Source: an uncultured Eubacteriales bacterium
GTDB taxonomy: Bacteria > Bacillota > Clostridia > Oscillospirales > UBA644
DNA: 64,000 nt
Direction of reading: 5' to 3'
Assembly: GCA_902373415.1 (NCBI GenBank)
Contig: CABKLX010000002.1
Span: 37,425 to 101,424, forward strand
Shown: in pieces, positions 47,739 through 55,377 of the stretch
Layout of the letters: every line of letters begins with the position of its first letter
Numbering within the stretch: the first letter of the stretch is position 1
Position numbers and translations under genes: made by a program
Notes under the pieces: model-generated
Databases searched by the model: none
Told to the model about the DNA's origin: nothing
The model's input: only the letters and a program-made list of their open reading frames with translations

Positions 47739-48443
47739 ATGTCTCATACGGATTTCAATCTGGGCGATTTTCTTCGCGTTTTGAAAAGATGGCTCGCCCT
47801 CGTTATAATCCTTCCCGTCATCTCGGGAACCGCGGCTTTTGCGTATTTTTACGTGACGTATGTTCCGCAGTTCACCTCGACTGCGATAGTCGCGTGCAGC
47901 GCAAAACAGGTGTCGTCGGGTAATATCGCCGGGTCGGATCTTTCGGCATCCAAGGAAGTTGCGAAGTCTTTCAAATTTATGATGACTCAAAGCACAACGC
48001 TTCAGTCCGCTTCGGAAATTTTGCATGAAAACACAAAAATCGATTACAGCGGATATACTTCCGCGACGCTGGCGGGAATGGTCAGCGTGTCGCAGGTCGA
48101 AGATACTTACTTTCTGAATATTTCCGCAACGGCAACGAACCGTTGGGTCGCCTGCGATGTCGCCAACGCCGTCGCTCAGGCGAGCGTCAACATCGCCGGT
48201 GAAAACGGAGAGCTCGGTGTCGGTAAGATATCCGTTCTCATGAACGCGGAGGTTCCGACCGTTGAAAACGGCTCGAATATGTGGATGAAGGTCGCGCTTG
48301 CAACGCTTGTCGGATTTGCCGCCGCTGTTGCGATCGTTTTTATACGGTATATCACAGATGACAGAATCAAAACCCAGGAGGATATTCTCAGATCGTATAA
48401 CGTTCCTGTTCTCGGAGTTATTCCTCCCGAGATAATACAGTAG
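47739..48443 (+). CDS. Wzz/CpsC/TkmA-type transmembrane modulator of BY-kinase
   Basis: 234 aa with two TM helices flanking an extracellular loop of about 150 aa. The C-terminal tail is IKTQEDILRSYNVPVLGVIP, typical of kinase-activating tails. Confidence 0.85.
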   Translation: MSHTDFNLGDFLRVLKRWLALVIILPVISGTAAFAYFYVTYVPQFTSTAIVACSAKQVSSGNIAGSDLSASKEVAKSFKFMMTQSTTLQSASEILHENTKIDYSGYTSATLAGMVSVSQVEDTYFLNISATATNRWVACDVANAVAQASVNIAGENGELGVGKISVLMNAEVPTVENGSNMWMKVALATLVGFAAAVAIVFIRYITDDRIKTQEDILRSYNVPVLGVIPPEIIQ

Positions 48444-48459
48444 AAGACGGAGAGCTTTC

Positions 48460-49290
48460 ATGGCTAAAAACAGAAGAGGTACCGAGGAGATAGTTCCTCT
48501 CGATGCCGAAAAAAATTTCCTCTTCAATGAGGCTTTCAAGACGCTCAGAGCGAATCTTTCTTTCTGTTTGTCTTCGAGAGAAAACCACAGGATCGCGGTC
48601 ACGAGTTCTTTGCCCGCAGAAGGCAAGAGCCTCGTCTCCATCAATTTGGCTTATGTACTTGCGGAAGCGGGAAACAAGGTGTGTCTCGTTGATGCGGACA
48701 TGCGTTCGCCAAAGGTTCACAAGTATTTGAGGATCAAGAACGATATAGGTCTTTCAAGTCTTTTGAGCGGACAGTCGGAACTTGACGAATGTCTTTTCAA
48801 GACAAAATACGGGAATCTTTTCGTTATAAAAGCGGGCTCCCTGCCCCCGAATCCGGCGGAGCTGCTTAACGGCAAATATATGGATGCCCTGCTTGAAAGT
48901 CTCGAAAAAGTTTTTGATTATATTATTATCGACACTCCGCCGATGAATATAGTTTCGGACGCGATGGTCGTTGCCGGTCATAAAGTGGCGATCCTTTTCG
49001 TCGTTCGGGAAAACGACTCTCTCCATTCCGAGTTCAAAGAGTCCCTGAGAAATATAGAGATGGCCAATCTCGATCTGATCGGCGTTGTTGTCAACGATGC
49101 GTCTCTCGAACCGAAGGGCGGCAGATACGGAAGATACAGAAAATACGGCAGTTACGGAAAAACGAGACGCTACAAGTACGGTTACGGCTACGGATACGGA
49201 GACGATTCCGATGACGATGATGAACCCTCTCCCCGCAGCCGAAAGAAAAAACAGGCAACGCGAAGTGACGAACCGGACACCCGAAGATGA
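48460..49290 (+). CDS. CpsD/CapB/PtkA-type bacterial tyrosine kinase (BY-kinase)
   Basis: Walker A SSLPAEGKS, Walker A' VCLVDADMR, Walker B YIIIDTPP. The C-terminal Tyr cluster GGRYGRYRKYGSYGKTRRYKYGYGYGYG has 9 Tyr. Confidence 0.9.
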   Translation: MAKNRRGTEEIVPLDAEKNFLFNEAFKTLRANLSFCLSSRENHRIAVTSSLPAEGKSLVSINLAYVLAEAGNKVCLVDADMRSPKVHKYLRIKNDIGLSSLLSGQSELDECLFKTKYGNLFVIKAGSLPPNPAELLNGKYMDALLESLEKVFDYIIIDTPPMNIVSDAMVVAGHKVAILFVVRENDSLHSEFKESLRNIEMANLDLIGVVVNDASLEPKGGRYGRYRKYGSYGKTRRYKYGYGYGYGDDSDDDDEPSPRSRKKKQATRSDEPDTRR

Positions 49291-49991
49291 GATTCATCGA
49301 TTTTCATGCGCACGTTCTGCCCGGGCTCGACGACGGCTCACCCGATGTCGGGACTTCTTTGGAAATGTTGCGCAAATGGAGTTCGCTGGGCGTTGAAAAA
49401 ATTGTAGCGACGCCGCATTTTGACTTCCGGGACATATCGACGGAAAAGTTTCTGAAAAACAGAGAGGATGCTTACAAAAATCTGACTGAGGCGATTTCGG
49501 CGAGCGGAGAACATTTTTGTGAGATCGCGCTCGGTGCGGAGATAATGTACTCGTCAAATATATTCGGTTTTGTCGATCTGTCAAGCTTATCTCTTGCAGA
49601 GACCCCGTTTGTTCTTGTCGAACTCTCTTCGGAACTGTCTTCCGAAAAGGTCTCTCGGATAGTATCGGGTCTTTCCTATTCGGATGTTATATTGATTTTG
49701 GCTCATACCGAGAGATACAAAGATTTTTCTTTTCTTCGGAAACTGAAAAAACTGAGAGAGGCGGGCGTCCGTTTTCAGGTGAACTTTTCGAGTTTTTTAC
49801 CCTCGTCTCATTTTTTTAAAACCGCCGACGCAATGATGAGGGCGGATATGGTCGATCTGCTTGCGACGGACGCCCATAATATGCAGACCCGTACTCCGGA
49901 TTTTTCGGAATCTCTGCGCTGTATGTATAAAGAGTACGGAAAACAGAAGATCGATCGTATACTTGAACGGTCGGTCGGATATTTCGGATAA
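49287..49991 (+). CDS. PHP-family phosphotyrosine phosphatase (CpsB/YwqE type)
   Basis: MRFIDFHAHVLPGLDDGSPD...ATPHF...LATDAHN (metal-binding His/Asp of the PHP fold). ATGA overlap with the kinase. Confidence 0.87.
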   Translation: MRFIDFHAHVLPGLDDGSPDVGTSLEMLRKWSSLGVEKIVATPHFDFRDISTEKFLKNREDAYKNLTEAISASGEHFCEIALGAEIMYSSNIFGFVDLSSLSLAETPFVLVELSSELSSEKVSRIVSGLSYSDVILILAHTERYKDFSFLRKLKKLREAGVRFQVNFSSFLPSSHFFKTADAMMRADMVDLLATDAHNMQTRTPDFSESLRCMYKEYGKQKIDRILERSVGYFG

Positions 49992-50047
49992 ACAATTGGC
50001 ATATATAATCACAATCAAACCGTAAATCACAATCGGAGGATCCCAAA

Positions 50048-50665
50048 ATGAAAAAAGTATTGGCTATTGTAATGACGGCTGTTATGGTGCTCGGACTTTG
50101 TGTGGTTTCTTTTGCGGGAGAGATCACTGCGAACGAACAGAAGTTGATCGACTATTGTTCAAAAGAGTATCAGACGAAGGAAAACGGAGTTTATATCAAA
50201 CTTCCCGCTGATTATGCCGCAAAGGCTAACAGCTATCTGATGATGGTTGATATCACCGACGATCAGTTCGCGGCGGCGGAAGTTCAGATCAAAGCTCTCG
50301 AAAACCTTATCAGAACGGAACTTTCCGTAAGCGCAACCGTTCAGACTCTTAAACTTGAAGAAGTTTCCGATGATTTTTATAACAAGACGCTTGACATATT
50401 CAAGAATCTTGCGACCGCGATCGACGCGTCCGTTGTTATCAGTTCGGACTTTGACAGAACCGATCCGAATACGACCGGAACAGTCGTTCTTCGCAGCAAT
50501 ACGGATTCTTCGGCTCTTGTTTATATCTTCGGGCAGCCCGCTCCTGCGGCAGGAGTCAATCTCCCTGTTGTTATAACCTGCTCCGTTCTCGCAGTTGTTG
50601 CCGTTCTTGCGGTTGCGTTCTTTATCGCGAGAAAGAGATCTGAAAAGAGCAACGCTTGCGCTTGA
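50048..50665 (+). CDS. Secreted protein with C-terminal hydrophobic anchor and basic tail (possible sortase substrate), no recognised family
   Basis: 205 aa with a GGAGGA RBS and the signal peptide MKKVLAIVMTAVMVLGLCVVSFAG. C-terminus: PVVITCSVLAVVAVLAVAFFIARKRSEKSNACA. Confidence 0.7.
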   Translation: MKKVLAIVMTAVMVLGLCVVSFAGEITANEQKLIDYCSKEYQTKENGVYIKLPADYAAKANSYLMMVDITDDQFAAAEVQIKALENLIRTELSVSATVQTLKLEEVSDDFYNKTLDIFKNLATAIDASVVISSDFDRTDPNTTGTVVLRSNTDSSALVYIFGQPAPAAGVNLPVVITCSVLAVVAVLAVAFFIARKRSEKSNACA

Positions 50666-50741
50666 TCGGGAAATAAACGGCTTTATTTTCCTCCGTGCGA
50701 CGTTTCTTGCGCCGTGCGCAGATCTATTCGGTGCTTTCGCT

Positions 50742-51419
50742 ATGTTTGAAACCAAAAACAAAAAACTCAGAATAGTTCTTGAATGTATATGCATGCCGAT
50801 TTTTTTGGCATGCATATCGTTTACGCTCATTTATACCGTTCTTTCCGTCAAGATCGTGAATCCGAAACTCGCTCTTGATACGGTCAGGACCGTGTTCGGC
50901 GGAAACGGTATATTTGAATTTCCGAACCGTCAGGACATATATAATAAGGAAGACGATCCGAACCCTTCCGGCGGATATGTACGGATAGAGGATATTGAAT
51001 ATCCGCATTTCAACACGGTTTTCGGGGAACTTGAGATCCCCAAGATCGAAAGAACTCTGAACCTGATAATGGGCGAAAGCGAGCAGTCGATAACCGACGG
51101 TGCGGCGATGTTTACTTCAAGTTACATTCCCGGATACGGCGGAACGACGCTCGTCACGACGCATAACAACAACGTTGTGCGGCTTGACAGGCTTGAAGCG
51201 GGAGACGAGATCATCATACGCACCAATTACGGAACGTATAAGTATGCGGTGAGGGAGATCTCGATCGTGAGCAAGGATGACCGTGAGGCGTTCAAGGTTT
51301 CACAGACCGGAAACGAATTGGTCTTTTTCACCTGTTATCCGCTCCGAAAACCGTCAAACGCGACACAGCGCATGGTCGTTTACGCCGACCTTGTTTCGGG
51401 GCCCGGGATAGTGAGGTGA
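50742..51419 (+). CDS. Class D-like sortase (YhcS-like)
   Basis: ORF trimmed to ATG 50742, with no clear SD, so the start is uncertain. It aligns by eye with B. subtilis YhcS: LEIPKI, LVTTHNN (His), GDEIIIRTNYGTYKYAV, ELVFFTCYP (Cys), QRMVVYA (Arg). Confidence 0.82.
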   Translation: MFETKNKKLRIVLECICMPIFLACISFTLIYTVLSVKIVNPKLALDTVRTVFGGNGIFEFPNRQDIYNKEDDPNPSGGYVRIEDIEYPHFNTVFGELEIPKIERTLNLIMGESEQSITDGAAMFTSSYIPGYGGTTLVTTHNNNVVRLDRLEAGDEIIIRTNYGTYKYAVREISIVSKDDREAFKVSQTGNELVFFTCYPLRKPSNATQRMVVYADLVSGPGIVR

Positions 51420-51423
51420 CGGA

Positions 51424-52371
51424 ATGAAAAAGAATGTGTTTTTTCAGACATTACGCACCGTTGCGGCCATAGTTCTGCTGATCTGTCTGACCGTTATTCT
51501 TTTTGTCGGAACGTTTTATTTTTCGCTCGGCGGATTTTTGACCGATGCGGACGCGTATATTTCTATTGCCGATAAGGCTCAGGAAAAGAACGGTTTTTAT
51601 TCCGATATGTACCGAAACGCCTGCGAAAGGCTTGTTTCGCGCGGAACTCTCGGCGGCTTTCCCGCGGAAATGTTCGAGGGACTTCTCGGATACGATTATA
51701 CGGTGACGGCGTTTGCCGATTATGTTCGTTTCACCGTCAATAAGCATGAGGGGAAGTTCAGACTGACGGAGTTTGACGATAGCCTCCGCGCCGCGTGCGT
51801 CGCTTATGCAAACTCGGAAGAGGCGAGATCTTCGGGCTTTTCCGCAACGGAAGCGGAAATAGAGGAGTTTGTCGATTACATTGACGGGCAGGTTGTCGCG
51901 GTCATAGCGCTTCCGTTTTTTTCCGGCGTTTATCCGACCGTTCGATATGTTTATGAGATCCGTGTTGTTGCGGTTGCCGTCGGGGGCTTCGCCGTCGCTG
52001 TCGGTCTGATATTCGGGCTTCTTTGTCTGCTTGAACGCGGAAGGGCGGTAAACGCCGTGCGTCAATGTCTTTATTCGCTGTCGGGCGCAGGGATCATGAC
52101 GCTTGTTATCGGCGTGTTACTCGATGTTTTGAACGGAAACGAATTTTTCAGTTTCAGTTCGCAGGCGGTTCTCGATTATCTCAATATATTTAAGGACTCA
52201 CTTTCGCTGAGGGTGAACGCAGTCGGCATCGCCGTTGCGACTGTCGGAATTTCCGCGCTTGCCTGCATAACGGTTTTTTCGGGGCGCGGAAAGCGTTGCG
52301 AATCCAAAGAAGCGGAATTTCGGAATATCGGCGAGAATAAAAACGAAAATATAAATACGGAAAATAACTGA
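51424..52371 (+). CDS. Polytopic membrane protein, unknown family
   Basis: 315 aa with a GAGGTGA RBS, starting 4 nt after the sortase stop. One N-terminal TM, an extracytoplasmic region of about 150 aa, then 3-4 C-terminal TMs and an Asn/Glu-rich tail. Confidence 0.7.
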   Translation: MKKNVFFQTLRTVAAIVLLICLTVILFVGTFYFSLGGFLTDADAYISIADKAQEKNGFYSDMYRNACERLVSRGTLGGFPAEMFEGLLGYDYTVTAFADYVRFTVNKHEGKFRLTEFDDSLRAACVAYANSEEARSSGFSATEAEIEEFVDYIDGQVVAVIALPFFSGVYPTVRYVYEIRVVAVAVGGFAVAVGLIFGLLCLLERGRAVNAVRQCLYSLSGAGIMTLVIGVLLDVLNGNEFFSFSSQAVLDYLNIFKDSLSLRVNAVGIAVATVGISALACITVFSGRGKRCESKEAEFRNIGENKNENINTENN

Positions 52372-52406
52372 AAGAAAGGACGGCGGAAGACCGCCGACGT
52401 CAGATT

Positions 52407-53612
52407 ATGAAAATTCTTATTATCAATTCGGGAAGCTCGTCTCTCAAATATCAGCTTATAGATATGGAAAACGAGGGCGTTCTCTGCAAGGGATCCTGCG
52501 AAAGAATAGGGATCGAAGACGGTATTTTTACGATGAAATATCCCGACAGGGAACAGTATCAGATAATTTATCAGATGCCTTCCCATACCGAGGCGATCAG
52601 GATCGTTCTTGACACTCTGACAGATAAGGAGCACGGTGTGATCTCTTCCGTCTCCGAGGTCGGCGCAGTCGGTCACAGAGTCCTTCACGGCGGAGACAAA
52701 TTCAGCGGCTCCGTTCTTGTCACCGATGCCGTAAAAGATGCGATCAGAGAGTGTATTCCTCTCGGACCGCTTCATAATCCCGCAAATCTGAAAGGGATCG
52801 AATCCTGTGAAAAGATCATGCCGGGCGTTCCCCAGGTCGCCGTTTTCGACACGGGATTTCATCAAACCATGCCCGCCTATGCTTACCGTTACGGGCTTCC
52901 GAAAAAGTATTACGAAGAATATAAAATCAGGCGTTACGGATTTCACGGCACGAGCCATAAGTACATTTCCCGCCGCGCCGCCGAATTTCTCGGGAAGAAG
53001 CCCGAAGAACTCCGCCTTGTTACTCTCCATCTCGGAAACGGGTCTTCGCTCTGCGCCGTAAAGAACGGAAAATGTATCGACACCTCGATGGGACTGACAC
53101 CGCTTGAGGGCTGTCTCATGGGAACACGTTGCGGTTCGATCGATCCCGCCGCCGTCACTTATATAATGGAGAAAGAACATCTCTCTCCCGCCGAAACGGA
53201 TAACCTGATGAACAAGCAGAGCGGGCTGAAAGCCGTCAGCGGTATTTCTCCCGACTTCCGCGATATCAATGCCGCGGCGGATCTCGGAAACGAGGACGCG
53301 AAACTTGCCCTTGATATGTTCGGCTACCAGTGCAAGAAGATCATGGCGGGATATATAGCGGCCATGGGCGGATGCGACGCGATAGTATTCACCGCCGGTG
53401 TGGGCGAAAACAGAGCCGAGACCAGAGCGAGGATAACATCCGATCTGGACTTCCTCGGGATCAGGATCGATCCGGAGTTGAACGAAAAAACGATCCAGGG
53501 AAAAGAAGCGGATATTTCCGCTCCCGGAGCGCGCATCAGGACGCTTGTTCTTGCCACGAACGAGGAACTCGAGATCGCGAGAGAAACTCTCGATATAGTT
53601 TCAAATCTGTAA
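52407..53612 (+). CDS. ackA: Acetate kinase (copy 2)
   Basis: 401 aa: MKILIINSGSSSLKYQLID, HRVLHGG, GFHGTSH, EELEIA. About 60% identical to copy 1 by eye. No obvious SD, and no terminator between it and the preceding gene. Confidence 0.9.
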   Translation: MKILIINSGSSSLKYQLIDMENEGVLCKGSCERIGIEDGIFTMKYPDREQYQIIYQMPSHTEAIRIVLDTLTDKEHGVISSVSEVGAVGHRVLHGGDKFSGSVLVTDAVKDAIRECIPLGPLHNPANLKGIESCEKIMPGVPQVAVFDTGFHQTMPAYAYRYGLPKKYYEEYKIRRYGFHGTSHKYISRRAAEFLGKKPEELRLVTLHLGNGSSLCAVKNGKCIDTSMGLTPLEGCLMGTRCGSIDPAAVTYIMEKEHLSPAETDNLMNKQSGLKAVSGISPDFRDINAAADLGNEDAKLALDMFGYQCKKIMAGYIAAMGGCDAIVFTAGVGENRAETRARITSDLDFLGIRIDPELNEKTIQGKEADISAPGARIRTLVLATNEELEIARETLDIVSNL

Positions 53613-53620
53613 ATCATTAA

Positions 53621-53648
53621 AAAACGGCTGCCTCGGGGCAGCCGTTTT
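53621..53648. terminator. Bidirectional intrinsic terminator (ackA copy 2 / thrC)
   Basis: AAAACGGCUGCC-UCGG-GGCAGCCGUUUU, with A/U runs on both sides. Confidence 0.9.
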
Positions 53649-53667
53649 AACCGTTTTCGAAAACTGT

Positions 53668-55146
53668 TCAATTTGCAAATTTTGCGACTTCGGCGAACAT
53701 TTCGTCTTTGCTCTTCCCGACGGACGCCGTGAAACGGCGCGTCTTGCTTTCGAGATCGGCAAGAGGCTTCGGAACCGGCGCTCCGGTCTTTTCGTTCAGT
53801 TCGCGGAGGATGCGGAAGAAATCGTCGGACATATCCCTCTTCCCCGTCAACGCGGAAAGCACGTCTGCGGCGAACTTGTAGGGGCTCGCGGTCGACGCGG
53901 TCAGAACGGGAACGTCCGAAGCGCATTTTTTCGCCGCGTAAAGCGCGACGGCGGTGTGCGTGTCTATCAGATAACCGCTGTCGCCGAATACCTCGGCTAT
54001 CGTCGCTTTTGTTGCGTTCTCATCGGCAAAATATCCGACAAATTCGGACGCGATCTTTTCTTTGACCTCGGCAGACACTTCATATCTTCCCGTTTCTTTC
54101 AGCAGGTTCATGCACTCCGCTGTTCTTTCGGGTCCCTGAATGAGCCAGAGAAGCCGTTCGAGGTTTGAGGAGATAAGAATATCCATCGACGGGGAGATCG
54201 TCGTATGAAACTGTCTGTTTCTGTCATAGACGCCCGTGTTGATGAAATCCGTCAGCACGTTGTTGACGTTTGACGCGCAGATGAGTCGGCGTACGGGAAG
54301 CCCCATCTTTTTCGCGAGATATGCCGCGAATATGTTCCCGAAATTGCCTGTCGGAACGCAAACGTCAATCTCGTCTCCTTCTTTTATGTCTCCCGCGTTC
54401 ATCATATCGCAGTACGCGCTGAAATAATATACGATCTGAGGTGCGAGTCTGCCCCAGTTGATAGAGTTCGCGCTCGAGAGAAAATATCCTTTTTCATCGA
54501 GTTTTTTCGCGATCTCTCTGTCCGAGAATATCTGTTTGACGCCTGTCTGGGCATCGTCGAAATTTCCTTTGATCGCGCAGACATTGACGTTCGATCCTTC
54601 CTGAGACGCCATCTGGAGTTTTTGAATGTCCGAAACACCGTCTTCGGGATAGAAGACCATGATCTTGACGCCGTCAACGTCTTTATATCCTTCCAAAGCG
54701 GCTTTCCCCGTGTCTCCGGAGGTCGCGACAAGGATCAGTGCCGTTCTTTTTTCTCCCGTCTTTTTGAGGGCAACCGACAGAAGTCTCGGCATGATCTGCA
54801 ACGCCATGTCCTTGAATGCGCAGGTGGGTCCGTGCCAGAGTTCAAGCACTTTATGCGTTCCGTCAAGGCTCTTTACCGGCGCGGCATATTTCCCGAAACT
54901 TGTTTCCTTGTACGCTTCGGATGCGGAAGCGAGGAGTTCGTCGTAAGTATAGTCCGTCAGATAAAGCGAAAGAATATCTGCCGCGCGGTGAGCGTAATCC
55001 TCCGACGCGAGTTTTTTTATGAAGTCCGACGAAACGGTCGGGATCGACTCGGGAACGAACAGCCCTCCGTCTTCGGCAAGCCCCTGTTTGATGACCTGCG
55101 CCGCCGTTTTTTTCTCGGAACAGCCTCTTGTTGAGATATAATTCAT
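53668..55146 (-). CDS. thrC: Threonine synthase
   Basis: MNYISTRG..., GPTCAFKDMALQ (PLP lysine), ATSGDTGKAA. ATG 55146 preferred over the track's GTG at 55155. Confidence 0.93.
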   Translation of the reverse strand: MNYISTRGCSEKKTAAQVIKQGLAEDGGLFVPESIPTVSSDFIKKLASEDYAHRAADILSLYLTDYTYDELLASASEAYKETSFGKYAAPVKSLDGTHKVLELWHGPTCAFKDMALQIMPRLLSVALKKTGEKRTALILVATSGDTGKAALEGYKDVDGVKIMVFYPEDGVSDIQKLQMASQEGSNVNVCAIKGNFDDAQTGVKQIFSDREIAKKLDEKGYFLSSANSINWGRLAPQIVYYFSAYCDMMNAGDIKEGDEIDVCVPTGNFGNIFAAYLAKKMGLPVRRLICASNVNNVLTDFINTGVYDRNRQFHTTISPSMDILISSNLERLLWLIQGPERTAECMNLLKETGRYEVSAEVKEKIASEFVGYFADENATKATIAEVFGDSGYLIDTHTAVALYAAKKCASDVPVLTASTASPYKFAADVLSALTGKRDMSDDFFRILRELNEKTGAPVPKPLADLESKTRRFTASVGKSKDEMFAEVAKFAN

Positions 55147-55179
55147 TTTCAACACGACCTTTTTATAATATACGCCATT

Positions 55180-55208
55180 ATTTTAGCATACTATCGGCAA
55201 AAATGCAA
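55180..55208 (-). promoter_or_regulatory. Sigma-A promoter of thrC
   Basis: On the minus strand: TTGCAT (55208..55203), 17 nt, TAAAAT (55185..55180). Confidence 0.6.
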
Positions 55209-55239
55209 GAGAAAAAAAATGAATGTTGAACATTTTTCA

Positions 55240-55268
55240 TTGACAGGTATATTTATATTTTGTATAAT
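55240..55268 (+). promoter_or_regulatory. Sigma-A promoter of the GH123-like paralogue 1-2 operon
   Basis: TTGACA (55240..55245), 17 nt, TATAAT (55263..55268). Confidence 0.8.
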
Positions 55269-55377
55269 TTATTTGTATTTGTCTGCAGTTGTATGTCGTA
55301 CGGACCCGATATTCGCTTTTTCTCGTAAAATCGGCGGTAAAGGCATACCCTTTCTCAAGTTTTCGGAGGATTTAATC

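Noticed and set aside
49125-49210. Short tandem tacgg/tacgga DNA repeats
   Set aside because: They simply encode the YGYGYGYG part of the BY-kinase tyrosine cluster. They are not a CRISPR array or a non-coding microsatellite.
46268-53612. ackA copies as direct repeats created by insertion of a mobile element
   Set aside because: The copies are only about 60% identical as proteins and differ by an indel. They are old paralogues, not a target-site or segmental duplication, and no integrase or transposase is present.
55219-55377. N-terminal extensions of the paralogue 1 ORF (55219) and paralogue 3 ORF (60895)
   Set aside because: The extensions cover the promoters. The lipoprotein signal peptides begin at internal ATGs (55378, 60922), each preceded by an RBS.
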